This document shows positions 55,701 through 64,000 of a stretch of 64,000 nt of DNA, one piece after another. Source of the DNA: Chiloscyllium plagiosum (Eukaryota); NCBI RefSeq assembly GCF_004010195.1, contig NC_057756.1, positions 591,805 through 655,804 of the forward strand, read 5' to 3'. A program made the translations under genes and the position numbers. The notes under the pieces are model-generated. The model was not told the origin of the DNA. It made no database searches and saw only the letters and a list, made by a program, of their open reading frames with translations. Each line of letters begins with the position of its first letter. Position 1 is the stretch's first letter.

Positions 55701-58700
55701 GCAATAGTGACTCAATATATTAGATGAGGTTCGTGTAATTGTTCTGGTTTTCATAGACCTCAGTAGGCCTTTTGACAGCCGTCCCACACGGAAGGCTGGT
55801 CCAAAAGGTAAGAGTACATGCTGTTCAAGGCATGTTGCAAAATTGATCGAAAATTGACGTGCACATAAGAGGTGAATAGTAACTGTGGCGGATTGCTTTT
55901 TTGAGATTGAAAGCTGTGGTCAGTGGTGTACCATTGGAATGGTACTTGGAATTTGTCTGTATGCAGTGCACACTAATGGCTTGGAGTTGAGTGTAGAATG
56001 CCTAAGTAGAAAGTTTGCAGATGACACAAAGCTTGAAATGCTGTTAAAAGTGATGAGAATAATCTCAGTCTATCAAATACAGATCAATTTGATAATTGGA
56101 TGGAGCAATGGCAGATAGCACTATACATTGAAAAGTATAAATAATGCATTTTGGGATGTCTCATAATGGAAAGATTTACATAAGATATGTTAGTTTATTA
56201 AAAAGTATTGGGACTATCAAATATAACTCGATGTAAAAGTCCATACATATCTGAATGTGTCAGCATAGGTGGATAGGGTGGTGAAGACAGCACACGACCT
56301 TCATAAGGCAGGGTGGAGAATGTAGGAGCAGGAAAGATTTTGCAACTTTATGGAGCATTAGTAAGGTTGCAGTTGAAATATTTCATGCTGCTGTGTTTGC
56401 CACACTATCAGGAGAATGCGATTGCACTAAAGCGAGTGCTGATGACATTTACAGGTTAGGCAGTGAGAAAGTTTCCTCCATGGTAGACTTGTCTAAGATC
56501 AGAGGACATAGGTTTACGATTTTGAAATATGTCATTCAGAGGATATCCTCTGTGTTTCAGAGTAAAAGCATCATCCACAGAATTTAGAAATATGAAACAC
56601 GTTACCTAAGGGAGTGGTGTAAGCACATACTCTTGCAACATTGAAGAATGATCTGACTGAGTACTAACAATACCAGGGTGCAGTGAGTTAAGGCACAGTG
56701 CATGTGATTGGGAATAATTTAATTCGGAGTTAGTGTATCATCATAGACATGGTGGATCTTCTGTGCTATTAAGGTCTATCCTGCTATGACCTCAATAATT
56801 TTCATGGAGATCGATAATTTCGAGGTACAACAGGTAATGGGACCACTATGAGAAAGGGAACAATCTATGCAGGATGAAGAGTGTTGTACTTATATGCACA
56901 CCATAAACGAAACTGTGTAAATAGACTTGTAGAATACACTGAAATTGAGTAAGCCAGAGATATGAATGCAATGGGAACAGGGTGGGGAGCTAAATGCCCA
57001 AGGATATATTACGTATCGAAAGGGTAGGAGAGGGATGGCTGCAACGTTCGTAATACATGAAATTTAATCAATGGCAAAAAAAAACATAGAGGTGGAAGGC
57101 ACACGGGTCTTTCAGGAATGAACAGTTCAACTGAAAAGGAAAAGTGAAATGATAGCGGTTGTGTACCAGCAGTTAGGGTGTGGAGAAGAAAATAAATCAA
57201 AGGTAGAAAAGGCATGTAAGTAAAGCAATATTATGACTATCGTTGGGGGACCTCAATATCCGGGTGGACTGGGAAAATCAGGTTGTGGCGGGATCTTAGA
57301 AAAAAATGAATTCTTGGAAAATCCACGGGATGTGTGGGGCTCTTTATGCATTGTGGTAGTGCTGTCTGAGTAATGGCAAATTCTGAATACAGTGATGTGT
57401 CGTGAGGCTGACTTGGTTCTGGAAGTGATGTTGAAAGAAGCTCCAGGGACTGTTGACCAAACTTGGTATAATTCACCCTGCAGTCTGAGATGTGGAAGAT
57501 TGCATCGGATGCAACGTTATTAGAATTAAGCAAATATACTTCTAAAGTACCATTAAGGGTCGGTGTGGACTTGTTGGGCTGAAGGGCCTGTTTCCATACT
57601 GTAGGGAATCTAATCTAAGACATGAGGGAAGAGATTGCAAAATTTAATTATAAGGGAAATCTTACAGTGACGACAGCAATGACGGGGTAATTCAGGAGGC
57701 AAGCAGAAGGAAGAAGAGACTAATCCAGGGGAGGATGACTTAACCATGGGAGGTCAGAGGTCGCATAAAGGGAAAAGAAAACGTGCAAAATATGACAACT
57801 ATTAAAGGGAAGGCAGAAGATTTGGAGGTTTTAAAAAAAGAGCAGAGGATAACTAAAACAGCAATGAGTGAGGCGTTGGTGATGTGATGAAATGTAATTG
57901 TAACTTAGTTAGTAATATAAAGGAAGATCGTAGGAGTTTTTTTAACATATCTAAAATGTAAGAGAAAGGTAAGAGTAGACATTGAAATTCTGGTAAATGA
58001 GATTGGAGAAGTAGCAATGAGAGAAATGAAATGTCAGTGAGGGTTCCAGAGGACTGAAAATATGACCAACTTAAAAGTCCTGTTTCAGAAACGAGGAAAG
58101 TAGGAGGCAGGAAACTGTAGGCTGAACTTGGTAGTTAACAAGATTTTGCAGTTACATATCAAGGATGAGATTGCTTGAGTACTACGAAGTACAACTAAGA
58201 GAGGATAGAGTCAGCATGGTCTTGTCAAGGACAGCTCATACCTGACAATCTGTTGGAATTTTTTTGAGATAATGAACAAGTTAGAAAAAGGATAGACAGT
58301 GAGGGACGTGATAAATTTGGATTTCCAGAAGGTCTTTGAGAAGTTCTTACTTGGACAGTGCTCAACAAGATAAGATTTCATATTTTTGAGAAATATACTG
58401 GCATGGATACAAGATTAGCTGACTGTCATAATGCAAAACAGAGTTAAAAAGGTCTTTTTCAGGAAGACAGCTGGTGACTCGTGGAGTTCTGCAGGGATCA
58501 CCTTGGAACTACGAGTATTCACGTCATAGGTGTATGATTTAGGTTAAAGAATTTAAGGCTTTGTTGCTAAGTTTGCAAATGATACCAAGTCAGGTGGAGG
58601 GACAGCTAGTTTTGAGGAAGCGTGAATGTGGGCAGGAGTGTTAAAATAAGTGGCAGAAGGAATATATTGTGGGCAAATGTGAGCTTATTAATTTTCATGG

Positions 58701-59359
58701 GAAGAATAAGGATGTAATCTATTTTCAAATGGGGAATGGCTTCGGAAATCTGAATCACAAAGGGATTTACTGGTAGAACTGGTTCAGAATCCTCTAAAGT
58801 TCAGCACTCAAGCTTAGTTAATGATTGGAAAACAAATGCAAAGTTGACAAAGGTGCAATGGAATAGCGGAGCTGACTCAATGGCCTAATTCTGTTCTTGC
58901 ATCTTCGTGTCTTTTTTTTCCAAACATTTGTCATAGAGATGTACAGTATGGAATTAGACACGTTGGTCGAATTCGCCCATGCTGGTCAGGTATACTAAGC
59001 TAATCTAATTCGATTTGCCAGCACTTGGCTCACATATCTCTAAACTCTTCTTATTCATATGCCCATCCATCAACCTTTTAAATGTTGTCATTATGCCAGC
59101 CTTATTAATGCCTTTGGCAGCTCATTTCAAACACGCAAGCATCTTTGTGTGATGAAGTTGCTCCTTAGGTCCCTTTTAAGTTTCTCCCCTCTCAACCTTA
59201 ACTTATGCCCTCTATTTCTGGACTCCACACTGCACTGAAAAGACCTAGACTACTTACCATATCCATGCAGTCCAAGAATTTATAAAACCTCTATATTTAG
59301 TACAAATAATTAAATGATTTTATTTGGAGAAACAACACATCCTGGTAATGGATGAGAGA

Positions 59360-59397
<38 letters not shown>

Positions 59398-62300
59398 CAG
59401 TATTGTTATAATTATTATTGTTATAACTTCTAATGCATAACCTACAATATCTATACTGTCTTATTGAATCCACTCCATCCAGCATCCTAATAAAATATGT
59501 GGTTTTCTCCATTCTAGAAGAAAAACTGAAATCAAAAGAGAATGGTAACTCACTAAGAGATTAGTAGACTGCAAGCAAGTATGATTTGATGTTGTTCTTC
59601 GTGCAAAGAAGTGTTTCCTTAAATATTAGATTACTTTACAGTGTGGAAACAGGCCCTTCGGCCCAACAAGTCCACACCGACCCGCCGAAGCGCACCCACC
59701 CAGACCCATTCCCTACATTTACCCCTGCACCTAACACTACAGGCAATTTAGCATAGCCAATTCACCTAACCTGCACATTTTTGGACTGTGGGAGGAAACC
59801 GGAGCATCCCCACGCAGACACGGGGAGAATGTGCAAACTCCACACAATCAGTCACCTGAGGCGGGAATTGAACCCGGGTCTCAGGCGCTGTGAGGCAGCA
59901 GTGCTAACCACTGTGCCACCGTGCCACCCACCTTGCCTTCTGCTTGCCTTCTCCTCTGTTAGCTCATGGGTACACGTAGTCATGCAGGGAAATGAATAAC
60001 TGTTGATTAGCTAAAGCTTCATTATTACTGTAGAGATGATGGAACTGCCGTGCTTAGGAGCACATCTTGCATGATTTGTTCAGAGTAGGCCAGTGAAAAC
60101 GCATGGAAACAGTGTCCTTTGAAAAAGACTCCAAATAATCAAAGACAGTCAACACGGATTTGCATGAACAAAAAATGGAAGTGAAGCCTTCTTTTGCTTT
60201 TGTAGGCACAATTTGTAGTAGCATAAAGCTGGTCTATTATATTCTCATCACAATTTATAGCTCTACAAAATTAAATAATCCGAATTATTCAAAGTACAGA
60301 AAGAGGCCTTTTGGCCTGCTGTGTCTGTACCAACAAAATATCTGACCAAGTATCACTTGTCAGCTTTTGATTCTTAATCGTGCAACTTATGGCAATTGAC
60401 ATTCCAAGTATCTTGTTAAATTGAATTGATGTTTCAATTCACTAGTGTCAACATGGTTTCATGAATGGCAAGTCGTGCTTGATAAATTTGTTGGAGTTAT
60501 TTGAGGATCCAACTTGCAAAGCATTTGACAAATTGATCTAAAATTTAGTTCCCAACGGGTTAAAGAGTATTGACTTGAATAGCGGATTGGCTGACTGACA
60601 GAAAGTGAGGGTCGGGATAAATGGGTCATTCTTTGCTTCGTGAACTGTAGCAATTCCACAAAGGTTCACTTCTCGGATGTCATCTATTCACAACCTCTGT
60701 AAGCAATACAGTCTACATAAATGATCTGCAAGCAAAGGCAGAGTGTAACAGAGCAGATTCATGGGTGATACTATAATAGGTAGGAGAGCAGTCAGTGTTG
60801 AAGAAACAGCGTTTATAGATGGGCATTGATAGGCTCGGTGATAGGGCCAGAATCAGGCAGATAGATATTAGTGCACATAAGTACACAGTTGTCCATTTTG
60901 GCCAAAGCAAATGAAAATTACTATTAAGGTGGAAACAGATTCAAAGCCCATGAGTGCAGAGGGATCTCTGCATCTATGTACATGAATCTCGGAAAATGGG
61001 TGTGGAGGTGCGGCATATAAGAAGAAAGACAAATTGGGTCCTGGCGTTTATCGCAAAAGAACTGAATTATAATAAAAATGAAGTGCTGTTGCAATTATAT
61101 AAAGCATTAGTGAGACAATACCTGGAGCATTGTCTCCAGTTTTGATCTCCTTACATGAGCAAGAATGTCGTGGCACTGGAGCAGGAGTTTTGCCATTAGA
61201 GGAGCATTTGAATAGCTTGGTCTGGTACTCACATAAAATGAGGGGGGGAGGATCTGATTGAGGTATATGAAATGCTAAACAATATTGATAACAATGCTGA
61301 ACAGATGCGCCCCTTTGTCAGAAAGAGAAGAGGTCATAGATATGGATTGAGCGAAGGAAGGTTCAAAACTGAGATGAGGAGAAATGATTTGTCTTAGAGG
61401 ATTGTGAATCTGTGGAAATCACCGCCCCTAAGTGCAGTGGAGAAAGAATCAATCAATGGAAAGAAATACACATGTTACTGATGAAAAGTGGGACAAAGGG
61501 CTATGGGGAGCAGGTTATATAGTGGACCTAACACCAAGATAAGCTTAACCATGATAATGTAAAATGGCGGAGTGGGGTTGAATGGATGAATTGCCCACTC
61601 CCACTTCTAATTCCTAAGTTCCTCCTTGAACTCCTGTTGTTCCACTGGGCTAGAGATCTAACGAACCTTGATGAAAAATACACACACACACGCACAAATC
61701 CCAGAATATTTGTAAACCTGGTATAATGTAGCTAAAATACAGGCCTGTTATTTATGAAACCAATATATAAGAGCACAGGCGTATTCTTGCCCTATGTGAG
61801 GTTTCCCTACATCAGCAAAATTGAACAGATCAATTATGTCAACTCACAGCCTTCTGTGTTCTGACAAAAAAAATCCTTTCCAATCTTTCTTTCTAACTGA
61901 TGTGCCCGAGTATGTTCAACATCTACAAATTTGAACTTTGAAACATTTCTCATCCTCGCACATTTCTTAAATATTGTAATATAGAGAACACCGGCAGTAC
62001 TTCAGCTACAGCTTTCACAGCCTAATTTTGTTGACAATTACGACTGTATTATTATCCGAGATCTCTTACTTAATAGCTCTGCTAATTAAATCACGTGTAC
62101 ACACAAATGCATTCTTGACCACCTTAACTGTCCACACAGCGACTGTCAGAGATTTCTAGATATTGACAGCTATAGTGCCCTTCTTCCTTCACACTTCTTA
62201 ATGCCCTCCTTTTAACCTATATTAAATGTGTTGCCAGGCTTCCCCAAGTTCATTATCTCACAGATCTGGTTTCTTCAGATTGACCCTTAGCTAGTTCTAT

Positions 62301-63687
62301 TCTGCCCAGGTAATGCATTCAAAGATACCTTCAAATTCAATTCAATTGCTTCTGTTGTCCAAACAAACACTTGAAATATTAACCTGCTCTGATTTTTTCT
62401 AACCACACTATATTCACGTAACAATGGTTTTAGCATCATATGCAACAATATGTCCTAAATAGTACACTTCAAAACTGTTGTCTTTGTTTCAAACTAAACA
62501 CCTACCAATACTTGTTGGATTCGGCCACTTCAAAAAAGTTTAACACAAATAATAATTTTTTAAAAAGCTAACAAATGTCCCTACATCTGTTCAAGTATGG
62601 TAATAATATATACTCTCATGCGAACTGCTCGAACACATTAATTAATCTGTTCATAAACGCATGCAATGGTTATCTTTAATTTATTTTTCTACAAACATTT
62701 TCAGTCTTGCACGGTAAATTTCACCATTCAATATCTATCCATTGGGAAAAAAATTTATCAGGCAGCATCTATACTGAAAGAAGCAAACGTTGAGGAGAAG
62801 CGATGCCCTCATGGTATTATTGCTGACCGTTTATGGGAGATCCAGGTCAAAGCTCGCCATATTAAATGGTGCAGTTTGAGTTCATTGGATATTTGGAATT
62901 AAGAGTATGGTGATGATCATGAATCCATTGCAGATTGTAAGGGGGAAAGGTCTGGTTCACTAATGTCCTTCAAGGAAGGAAGGAGTCTGTCATCCTAGCC
63001 AGGTCTGGTCTACCTATTACTCCAGACTCACATCAATGTGGTTGACTCTTAACTCGTCAAAGAATAAAAAAAAAGTGTCATTGGCTCGGCTAGCATTTAT
63101 TGCTCATCCCGAATTGCCTGGAGGACATTTGAGAATCAATCACATTTCTGTGGATCTGGATTCACATGTAGGCCAGACCATGCCTGGATGGACGTTTCCT
63201 CCCTTAAATGACATAAGTGCATTTTTCCAGATATTCGACAATGAATTCATGTTCAGCGTTAGACTCTTACCTCAAGGTATTTATTGAATTCAAATTCCGT
63301 TATCTGCCACGACGGAATTCGAACCTGGGTCCCCAGGATCTTGCCTGTTTCTCTGGATTAACAGTGCAGCAATTAAAAAAACCTGAAACCTTTCCCTTTC
63401 AAATTGTAAGAAATTAAAAAAAAAAGGTTTGCGCAATTGCAAAAGCCGAGATGGAATAATTACAGAGATTCTCATCTGCAAAATTTGGCTGCTGAATCTG
63501 CAACAAACATAACCTTCAATTCAAAAACAAATGGTTGCTTAATATGTAATAAGTTTAAATTTGCTACGTGGTGTATTTGAAGATTTTAATGGTTTGGCAT
63601 TCACAATTGAAATTTTCAAAACATTTTTGATTTGTTGTTCTTTCTTGACAGAGCTGAATGATTGCAAAAAATTATTGAATGGTTTAG
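7767..63687 (+). CDS. Partial multi-exon gene (internal part only): coiled-coil protein encoded by phase-1 micro-exons of 27 and 36 nt
   Basis: 17 exons, each with ag|...|gt, length 27 or 36, all open in the same phase-1 frame and mutually similar. Spliced product, with the frameshifted exon at 17362 skipped and the one at 25991 bracketed: xKKLKKCLQ EGGGKDKID ELLMLKNDLQET ENKLKMCEK AVAQLKEDLRDT ENELQRCQD NLAASKANVKDL EEALNAKDD ELEDIRKNTNTE GLDTCKKSVKEL [ENKIVIKDD] ELKDLKENVKEL ENQIATMAN ELDTCKENVKDL EKQLAMKDV DLDECKDALKTL EEKLKSKEN ELNDCKKLLNGL. No start or stop seen. Confidence 0.85.
7905..9575 (+). mobile_element. CR1 LINE 3' half, decayed
   Basis: Remnants SCLTNL, SKAFGK, LFVIYINNL, FVDNT; colinear with 41235-42840. 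Confidence 0.85.
9987..10013 (+). CDS. 27-nt micro-exon EGGGKDKID (linker-like)
   Basis: ttattttttcag|AAGGCGGAGGCAAGGATAAAATTGATG|gtgagt; consensus splice sites, phase 1. Confidence 0.75.
10690..11640 (-). mobile_element. CR1 LINE 3' fragment nested in an older decayed repeat (about 10345-12900)
   Basis: Minus-strand WSRKWQ..KSDVVHFG (ORF 11355..11597) and a CR1-like 3' UTR. Confidence 0.7.
13267..13400 (+). mobile_element. Short Penelope-terminus-like repeat
   Basis: cgaaac...cagatgctgccagacctgctgagattttccagca motif shared with 27087-27158, 34381-34587 and 40732-40885. Confidence 0.7.
13872..13907 (+). CDS. 36-nt micro-exon ELLMLKNDLQET
   Basis: ttttcag|AACTATT...GAAACAG|gtctga; similar to exon 15132. 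Confidence 0.8.
14661..14682. repeat. (TAA)7 microsatellite
   Basis: Read directly. Confidence 0.95.
14700..14726 (+). CDS. 27-nt micro-exon ENKLKMCEK
   Basis: tttag|AAAACAAGTTGAAGATGTGTGAGAAAG|gtaaaa. Confidence 0.8.
15132..15167 (+). CDS. 36-nt micro-exon AVAQLKEDLRDT
   Basis: tttttcaatccag|CGGTAG...GACACAG|gtatgt. Confidence 0.85.
16313..16580 (+). mobile_element. Decayed HE1-type SINE
   Basis: Degenerate tRNA head, ttccccgtgtctgc core and ggattctactcta tail. Confidence 0.6.
16864..16890 (+). CDS. 27-nt micro-exon ENELQRCQD
   Basis: ctcttactcag|AAAATGAGCTTCAGAGATGCCAAGATA|gtaagt. Confidence 0.85.
17362..17404 (+). pseudogene. Frameshifted (43-nt) sister of the 36-nt exons, KVLKMQEY...
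   Basis: ctttaatgcag|AAGTGCTT...CGACAAG|gtaaga; first 8 codons follow the pattern of exons 13872 and 15132, but the length is not a multiple of 3. Confidence 0.55.
19538..19573 (+). CDS. 36-nt micro-exon xLAASKANVKDL
   Basis: ttttccactgtaccag|ATCTCG...GATTTGG|gtgaga; NVKDL ending shared with exon 46829. Confidence 0.85.
19720..20340 (-). mobile_element. Old CR1 RT fragment
   Basis: Degenerate similarity to the minus strand of the other CR1 copies. Confidence 0.5.
21569..21595 (+). CDS. 27-nt micro-exon EEALNAKDD
   Basis: gcttttcag|AAGAGGCATTGAACGCAAAAGATGACG|gtattt. Confidence 0.8.
22169..22204 (+). CDS. 36-nt micro-exon ELEDIRKNTNTE
   Basis: ttcttactccttccag|AGTTGG...ACAGAAG|gttggt. Confidence 0.75.
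24226..24468 (-). mobile_element. HE1-type SINE, 5'-truncated
   Basis: Colinear with 43262-43547 and 59626-59929. Confidence 0.9.
25645..25680 (+). CDS. 36-nt micro-exon GLDTCKKSVKEL
   Basis: gtag|GACTGGATACTTGCAAG...GAATTAG|gtcagt; near copy of exons 36799 and 46829, with a weaker acceptor. Confidence 0.75.
25991..26016 (+). pseudogene. 26-nt (one G short) copy of the 27-nt exon, ENKIVIKDD
   Basis: tgtag|AAAACAAGATAGTAATAAAGGATGAT|gtaata; sisters 37133 and 47145 end ...G|gtaatg. Confidence 0.7.
26497..31631 (+). mobile_element. Gmr1-type Gypsy LTR retrotransposon, decayed and internally deleted (LTR-gag-PR-IN-RT fragment-partial LTR)
   Basis: 5' LTR ends gtccataaca at 27590, followed by a degenerate TGG primer site. 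Gag has EEFKNSLP and knuckle remnant CFHYNKVGH; protease ILMDIGSS near 29070; integrase AHELPFGGH and YHPESQGALERWH; RT WSSP and DYRKVN..DAYPIPR. 31340-31631 repeats 27300-27590. Confidence 0.92.
26980..27160. mobile_element. Hairpin-forming Penelope-terminus insertion within the 5' LTR
   Basis: TSD TAGAATGAAAGG at 26968-26979 and 27161-27172; inverted arms 27013-27084 and 27087-27158. Confidence 0.88.
34381..34587 (+). mobile_element. Short Penelope-terminus-like repeat
   Basis: gggctcatgcccgaaacatcaat...ggatgcttgctgacctgctgtgcttttccagca. Confidence 0.75.
36799..36834 (+). CDS. 36-nt micro-exon ELKDLKENVKEL
   Basis: ctcttccag|AACTAAAAG...GAATTAG|gtaagc. Confidence 0.9.
37133..37159 (+). 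CDS. 27-nt micro-exon ENQIATMAN
   Basis: tgtttacag|AAAACCAGATAGCAACAATGGCTAATG|gtaatg. Confidence 0.85.
37386..39710 (-). mobile_element. CR1 LINE, internally deleted: ORF1 region joined to the RT 3' end
   Basis: (catagaa)n tail at 37386; LFSLERRKLRGDLIETYKI; LFVDDTK. ORF1 YTCRKC..ILENCVRELQLELDEL at 39375..39671; junction near 38790. Confidence 0.88.
37403..38086. repeat. 3 x 228-bp tandem repeat of the CR1 3' end
   Basis: aaacttacagcgtaatacagg starts at 37403, 37631 and 37859. Confidence 0.95.
40047..40310 (-). mobile_element. HE1-type tRNA-derived SINE
   Basis: Minus strand gggtggcacagtggttagcagtgct...ggttcaattccc (A/B boxes); ctaatcta tail. Confidence 0.92.
40732..40885 (+). mobile_element. 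Short Penelope-terminus-like repeat
   Basis: gaagggcttatgcccgaaacg...gatgctgcctgacctgc..ttttccagca. Confidence 0.75.
41235..42835 (+). mobile_element. CR1 LINE, 5'-truncated, RT still open over 212 aa
   Basis: WKIANVVPL..PGNYRPVSLTSVVGKVLE..SQHG..CLTNL..YMDFSKAFDKV..QGSVLGPLLF; FANDTK; LRGYLIETYKI. Confidence 0.95.
43262..43547 (-). mobile_element. HE1-type tRNA-derived SINE
   Basis: tRNA-like head with A/B boxes; colinear with the other copies. Confidence 0.92.
44717..45356 (+). mobile_element. Solo Gypsy LTR with 4-bp TSD
   Basis: TG...CA termini flanked by ACAT (44713-44716, 45357-45360); 3' part resembles the LTR end at 5520-5631. Confidence 0.8.
46829..46864 (+). CDS. 36-nt micro-exon ELDTCKENVKDL
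   Basis: ttttccaccattccag|AACTGG...GACTTAG|gtgagg. Confidence 0.9.
47145..47171 (+). CDS. 27-nt micro-exon EKQLAMKDV
   Basis: atttacag|AAAAACAGCTAGCAATGAAGGATGTTG|gtaatg. Confidence 0.88.
49260..50500 (-). mobile_element. Penelope-like element with an inverted segment
   Basis: Minus strand CSQCGLLYIKETECKLQDSFREHL (GIY-YIG type). From about 50090 the upstream RT-thumb region lies on the + strand (LPVCGPLHL / NAITYSQF remnants). Confidence 0.8.
52349..52614 (-). mobile_element. HE1-type SINE nested in CR1
   Basis: Full head gggcggcacggtggttagcactgctgcc; flanked by gttat on both sides. Confidence 0.9.
52699..52846 (-). mobile_element. HE1-type SINE 3' fragment nested in CR1
   Basis: tccctacagtgtggaaacagg...ccaattcacctaac. 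Confidence 0.85.
54343..54378 (+). CDS. 36-nt micro-exon DLDECKDALKTL
   Basis: T-tract then ttgcag|ACCTCG...ACTTTGG|gtagga; same L-x-x-C-K pattern as its sisters. Confidence 0.85.
55560..56790 (+). mobile_element. Old CR1 RT/3' fragment
   Basis: KFADDTKL in ORF 55885..56118. Confidence 0.75.
56850..58920 (+). mobile_element. Old CR1 ORF2 remnant with a 60-nt HE1 tail inserted near 57555-57617
   Basis: Remnants SQHGLVK, LDFQKVFEK and KFANDTK. Confidence 0.7.
58930..59300 (-). mobile_element. CR1 3' end fragment
   Basis: Reverse complement of a CR1 3' UTR (gtcatagagatgtacag...tttataaaacctctata). Confidence 0.7.
59360..59421. repeat. (ATT)n microsatellite, imperfect at the 3' side
   Basis: Read directly. 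Confidence 0.95.
59518..59544 (+). CDS. 27-nt micro-exon EEKLKSKEN
   Basis: ttttctccattctag|AAGAAAAACTGAAATCAAAAGAGAATG|gtaact. Confidence 0.85.
59626..59929 (-). mobile_element. HE1-type SINE, full length
   Basis: Minus strand gggtggcacggtggcacagtggttagcactgctgcctcacagcgcc...gggttcaattccc. Confidence 0.95.
60450..61625 (+). mobile_element. Old CR1 RT/3' fragment
   Basis: QHGFMNGKSCLINL; VLLQLYKALVRQYLEHCLQF. Confidence 0.8.
62780..63385. mobile_element. Two adjacent fragments of old shark interspersed repeats (Deu-SINE-like; family uncertain)
   Basis: tctggttcactaatgtccttcaaggaagga...tggtctacct on +, and its approximate reverse complement atgtaggccagacca near 63166; similar to 33180-33370. 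Confidence 0.45.
63652..63687 (+). CDS. 36-nt micro-exon ELNDCKKLLNGL
   Basis: ttctttcttgacag|AGCTGA...GGTTTAG|gtgaga. Confidence 0.88.
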
Positions 63688-64000
63688 GTGAGAAGGAATT
63701 GTTCTGCTTCTTCAACCTATCGCACTTTTAAAGAGTGATGTGTATTTCAAAGGGCAGGACCATACAATGGCGAAGGTTCATTCGCCCTCACATGATTCAC
63801 ACTGCACGTGCAATACATTTTTTAAAATTGTATCTACATGATTCGACTGCACCATGTGTTACTGGTATAAAAACCCTTAAATTCTTGAAGTATGTCTTAA
63901 AATAAGAGAGGAATGTGGGATGGCATGATACAATTTTTTAAATTTACGACACGTTTGTATCAATGGAACACAGAGATAATGATTCCAATTGTTGTTAGGG

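Noticed and set aside
59850..59929. tRNA-like sequence (also near 40250, 43490, 52550)
   Set aside because: SINE heads attached to SINE bodies, not tRNA genes.
16313..59929. Most HE1 SINEs (6 of 8) are antisense to the gene
   Set aside because: Too few copies to infer a bias, and CR1s occur in both orientations.

Overview
AT-rich vertebrate genomic DNA. The repeat content (HE1-type tRNA SINEs, CR1 LINEs, Penelope-derived short repeats) points to a shark or other elasmobranch; this is an inference. Most long ORFs in the track are decayed transposon fragments: an L1, Gmr1-type Gypsy elements and solo LTRs, many CR1s and a Penelope element. Between them, and not resolved by the ORF track, is the middle of a + strand gene built from micro-exons. 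I find 17 intact AG/GT-bounded phase-1 exons of exactly 27 or 36 nt between 7767 and 63687, plus two frameshifted sister exons. They mostly alternate 36/27, so each pair encodes 21 aa (3 heptads). Together they splice into a long coiled coil with a Cys at heptad position d in most 21-aa repeats. The array grew by tandem duplication of multi-kb exon-pair units. The gene's start, end and any diagnostic domain are not visible, so the family is unassigned; a butyrophilin/BG-like tail or a CD23-like lectin stalk are candidates. Transposon boundaries are approximate unless a target-site duplication (TSD) is quoted.
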